From assembly GCA_045649085.1 (NCBI GenBank), contig JAZRPE010000040.1, positions 14,075 through 38,074 on the forward strand: a stretch of DNA of 24,000 bases. Reading direction: 5' to 3'. This DNA comes from Congzhengia sp. Lineage in GTDB: Bacteria > Bacillota > Clostridia > UBA1381 > UBA9506. The notes under the pieces are model-generated. The model was not told the origin of the DNA and searched no databases. It worked only from the letters and a program-made list of their open reading frames with translations. This document shows, piece after piece, positions 21,831-24,000 of this stretch; position 1 is the stretch's first letter, and each line of letters starts with the position of its first letter. The translations under genes were made by a program, and so were the position numbers.

Positions 21831-22871
21831 ATGACCGACTTTGAAAAAGTTATTGATTTTAATAATATGTATCGAGCGTTCCGCAAATCAAAAAGCGGTA
21901 AAGGCTTTAAGAAAAGCTCTGCAAGGTTTAATGCTATGGCTTTAGACGGGATAAATACCCTGATAGAACAGTTAAGGTCGAGAACCTACACAATATCAGA
22001 GTACCACGAATTTAAGGTCTACGAACCAAAAGAGCGTGTAATTAAGACCACATCTTTTAAGGACAAGGTCGTGCAGCACAGTTTATGTGATAATGTATTA
22101 CTTCCCAGGATGCGTGAGATTTTTCTAAAAGATAATTGTGCCGGGCAAAAGGGAAAAGGTACCGACTTTGGCTTGGACCGATTAAGTGAGCAAATGAAAG
22201 CCTTTTATAAGCGGTACGGCACGAAAGGATATATCTTAAAATGCGATATTTCTAAGTTCTTTTATAACATCTCGCACGAGCAGTTAAAAGATATAGTCGA
22301 ATACTATTTCGGCTATGACGAGGGAATTTTGTGGCTCTGTAATCTGTTTATAGACAGTACAGAGGGCAAAGGCATACCGTTGGGAAATCAAATCAACCAG
22401 GGTTTGGCACTATTGTACCTTGACGGAATGGACAAGCTCATAACTAGTGAATTAGGTATCGAGTTCTACGGCAGGTATGCGGATGATTTTTATTTGATAC
22501 ACCAGGACAAAGAATATCTTAAGTATTGCCTGCAGGTTATAACGGAATTTCTTGAAACTCTTGACCTGAAGCTGAACGGCAAAACACAAATATTCCCAAT
22601 AAAGAACGGCGTGAATTACCTCGGTTTTCATACCTATATCACGGATACGGGGAAAGTAATACGCAAATTAAAGAATCAAAATAAACGCAATAAACAAAAG
22701 AAATACTTGAAGATGGCCCATCTTGTGGCAGAAGGTAGGCTCCCTATTGAAAAGTTTTACGCCTCATATAACGCCTGGCGTAATCATATCTCCCACGGGA
22801 ACTGTCACAATCTTGGCAGGGCGGTCGATAAGAAGGTAAGAGAAGTGCTGCGGGAGGAGCGTGAAAAATAA
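21831..22871 (+). CDS. DGR reverse transcriptase
   Basis: The RT motifs are LKCDISKFFYNI (motif A Asp), GIPLGNQINQGLALLYL (a variant of the DGR-type (I/L)GxxxSQ), GRYADDFYLIH (YADD) and VNYLGFH. The ATG at 21831 follows the RBS aaaaagga. The track ORF start 21678 lies inside TR. Confidence 0.92.
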   Translation: MTDFEKVIDFNNMYRAFRKSKSGKGFKKSSARFNAMALDGINTLIEQLRSRTYTISEYHEFKVYEPKERVIKTTSFKDKVVQHSLCDNVLLPRMREIFLKDNCAGQKGKGTDFGLDRLSEQMKAFYKRYGTKGYILKCDISKFFYNISHEQLKDIVEYYFGYDEGILWLCNLFIDSTEGKGIPLGNQINQGLALLYLDGMDKLITSELGIEFYGRYADDFYLIHQDKEYLKYCLQVITEFLETLDLKLNGKTQIFPIKNGVNYLGFHTYITDTGKVIRKLKNQNKRNKQKKYLKMAHLVAEGRLPIEKFYASYNAWRNHISHGNCHNLGRAVDKKVREVLREEREK

Positions 22872-23067
22872 GTGCAAAGGCGAAGATGCGTATATCAAAA
22901 AAGAGCACATGGATATTATTGCAGGTGTGTTAGAGACGGAAGTTTGCGACGGTGGTTTTCGTGCAGAGTTAATTGTCGTTTCTTTAAGCCTACACTATGG
23001 GCAAAGATTTGTCGGTATTTATTCGGGAGTTTTTAATATGGGAACAGGAGATAAACCAATTTTATAA
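22861..23067 (+). CDS. Hypothetical protein (68 aa), doubtful
   Basis: The GTG start overlaps the RT stop region and the SD spacing is too short. The alternative start is ATG 22909. No motif was recognised. Confidence 0.3.
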   Translation: MKNKCKGEDAYIKKEHMDIIAGVLETEVCDGGFRAELIVVSLSLHYGQRFVGIYSGVFNMGTGDKPIL

Positions 23068-23083
23068 GGAGTGCGATTCGTAA

Positions 23084-23275
23084 GTGGCAGAAAAAAGCAA
23101 GATAAAAAAGGATTGTTTTCATTATTGGCGTAAACAGTGTCAAGTATTAGAATGCTTAGTGTGTGAGGAAAGAGACTGCAGCTTTTATGAGACGGAAGAA
23201 GAATACATAAAGCGGCAAAAGGAATTTAGGGAAAAGTATAAACCTATAGAACTGAAAAATGCACCGAAATATTAA
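23084..23275 (+). CDS. Small Cys-rich hypothetical protein (63 aa)
   Basis: The GTG start lies 11 nt after aaggag. The Cys pattern is CFHYWRKQCQVLECLVCEERDC. Confidence 0.4.
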   Translation: MAEKSKIKKDCFHYWRKQCQVLECLVCEERDCSFYETEEEYIKRQKEFREKYKPIELKNAPKY

Positions 23276-23288
23276 AGGAGTGTTCTAG

Positions 23289-23729
23289 TTGGAAGAAACA
23301 AAGAAATGGCTGAACCGCGCATATGCAATAGACAAAGAAATAAAAGTTCTTAAAGCGGAATTAAAAAAGGCAAACCTTGCAGCGACATCTCTTGCGACAC
23401 AACGAATCGAAGAGAAGGTTCAAACCTCGAAAGTAAACAATGCAGACTATGCAATACTCAAATGTGTAGAGTACTCTGAACAGATAACGAAGAAACTTGG
23501 CGAACTTTATTCTGCAAAAATCGAAATAAGCGAAGCTATTTCGTGTGTAGATGATGGTAAATTAAGAGTGCTCCTTAGAATGAGATATTTAAGTTATATG
23601 CAGTGGAATGAAATCGCAAACAAAATGAACTTTTCAGTGCGTAACATTCAATACATGCATGATAAGGCGGTAGAAGAGGTAAAATACATCATTGCACACA
23701 ATTTCATATCAACCTGTGATATTGTGTAA
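23289..23729 (+). CDS. Putative late-gene transcriptional activator (sigma-70 region-4-like HTH; ArpU/RinA/DUF1492-like position and pattern)
   Basis: TTG 23289 lies 8 nt after aaggag. The N-terminal coiled coil is WLNRAYAIDKEIKVLKAELKKA and the C-terminal part is LRVLLRMRYLSYMQWNEIANKMNFSVRNIQYMHDKAVEEV. It lies directly upstream of the packaging region. Confidence 0.55.
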   Translation: MEETKKWLNRAYAIDKEIKVLKAELKKANLAATSLATQRIEEKVQTSKVNNADYAILKCVEYSEQITKKLGELYSAKIEISEAISCVDDGKLRVLLRMRYLSYMQWNEIANKMNFSVRNIQYMHDKAVEEVKYIIAHNFISTCDIV

Positions 23730-23737
23730 AATGTAAT

Positions 23738-23780
23738 AAAAGGACAAAGCAACATGACGAATGCGGCTTGGTCCTTTTTT
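23738..23780 (+). terminator. Probable intrinsic terminator
   Basis: aaaaggac (23738-23745) pairs with gtcctttt (23771-23778), and 4 inner base pairs extend the stem. A T6 run is at the 3' end. Confidence 0.5.
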
Positions 23781-23919
23781 GTGCCGGAAACGCATTGCCG
23801 GTGGATGAGGTTGGAGGGAATAAACGAATAAGATAGGAGCTGATACCCTGTATGAATCCGAATAATAAAGCTGATGCCGCAAGGGTGTCGGCTTTTTCAT
23901 TTATAGTGGGGTGGTAAGG

Positions 23920-24000
23920 TTGGCAAATAAAGATAACCTTATTCCCCAGGCGCACACCCTAACTGTCGAAGAGCAGTCGAAGGGCGGAAAAGCAAGTGTA
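23920..24000 (+). CDS. 5' end of a probable small terminase subunit gene (runs off the right edge)
   Basis: TTG 23920 follows ggggtgg. The open frame reads (M)ANKDNLIPQAHTLTVEEQSKGGKASV. The NLIP...T.EE.SKGGKAS pattern and the position after the late activator suggest a terminase small subunit. Only 27 codons are visible. Confidence 0.35.
   Translation, partial: MANKDNLIPQAHTLTVEEQSKGGKASV

Larger units (their letters stand above)
19991..22871 (+). other. Diversity-generating retroelement cassette (target1-VR1, target2-VR2, avd, TR, spacer, RT)
   Basis: Three copies of one 64-66-nt repeat differ only at template adenines. An Avd-like gene and a YADD reverse transcriptase are present. Details are in the individual features. 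Confidence 0.9.
5349..24000. mobile_element. Temperate prophage, left end at the tRNA-fragment att site, continuing beyond the right edge
   Basis: The gene order is int, immA-like, cI-like, cro-like, small early genes, RecT/DnaD/RusA/SSB replication-recombination module, methyltransferase, DGR, late activator, start of a terminase-like gene. Confidence 0.85.

Noticed and set aside
21831-22871. The RT as a retron, group II intron or Abi-type reverse transcriptase
   Set aside because: There is a TR/VR repeat set with adenine-only mismatches and an Avd-like gene. No msr/msd-like inverted repeats, intron RNA domains, maturase X/En domains or fused effector are present.
23704-23955. Minus-strand ORFs 23704-23955 and 23709-23900
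   Set aside because: They cross a terminator and the leader of the terminase-like gene, have no RBS, and run opposite to the late operon.

Overview
This window looks like low-GC Firmicutes/Clostridia-type DNA (strong AGGAGG-type ribosome-binding sites, ATGA-coupled operons). It holds a pile-up of mobile elements. (1) 1-4140 is the probable end of an integrative element: an XRE regulator, an unknown protein, an SF2 DEAH helicase and a large serine recombinase. (2) 4236-5186 is a hicA/hicB toxin-antitoxin cassette with a consensus promoter. (3) From a 27-nt tRNA 3' fragment at 5349-5375 (the att core) to the right edge is a temperate prophage. Its parts, in order:
- an ICEBs1-like int-immA-immR lysogeny module
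- a cro-like switch with repeated operators
- a nest of very small membrane-protein genes, several below the ORF-track length cutoff
- a recombination/replication module: DUF1351-like, RecT, MBL hydrolase, HNH-like, DnaD-like organizer, MazG-like, RusA, SSB and an orphan C5 methyltransferase
- a late activator and the start of a probable small terminase

The standout feature is a complete diversity-generating retroelement (DGR) at 19991-22871. It has two tandem paralogous target genes, each ending in a variable repeat (VR1 20498-20561, VR2 21038-21102). These are followed by an Avd-like gene, a 66-nt template repeat (TR 21655-21720) and a YADD reverse transcriptase. All 13 TR/VR differences fall on TR adenines. 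The targets are small, have no signal peptide or TM segment, and lie outside any recognisable tail module, so what they bind is unknown. No homology search could be run. All product names rest on motifs read by eye.
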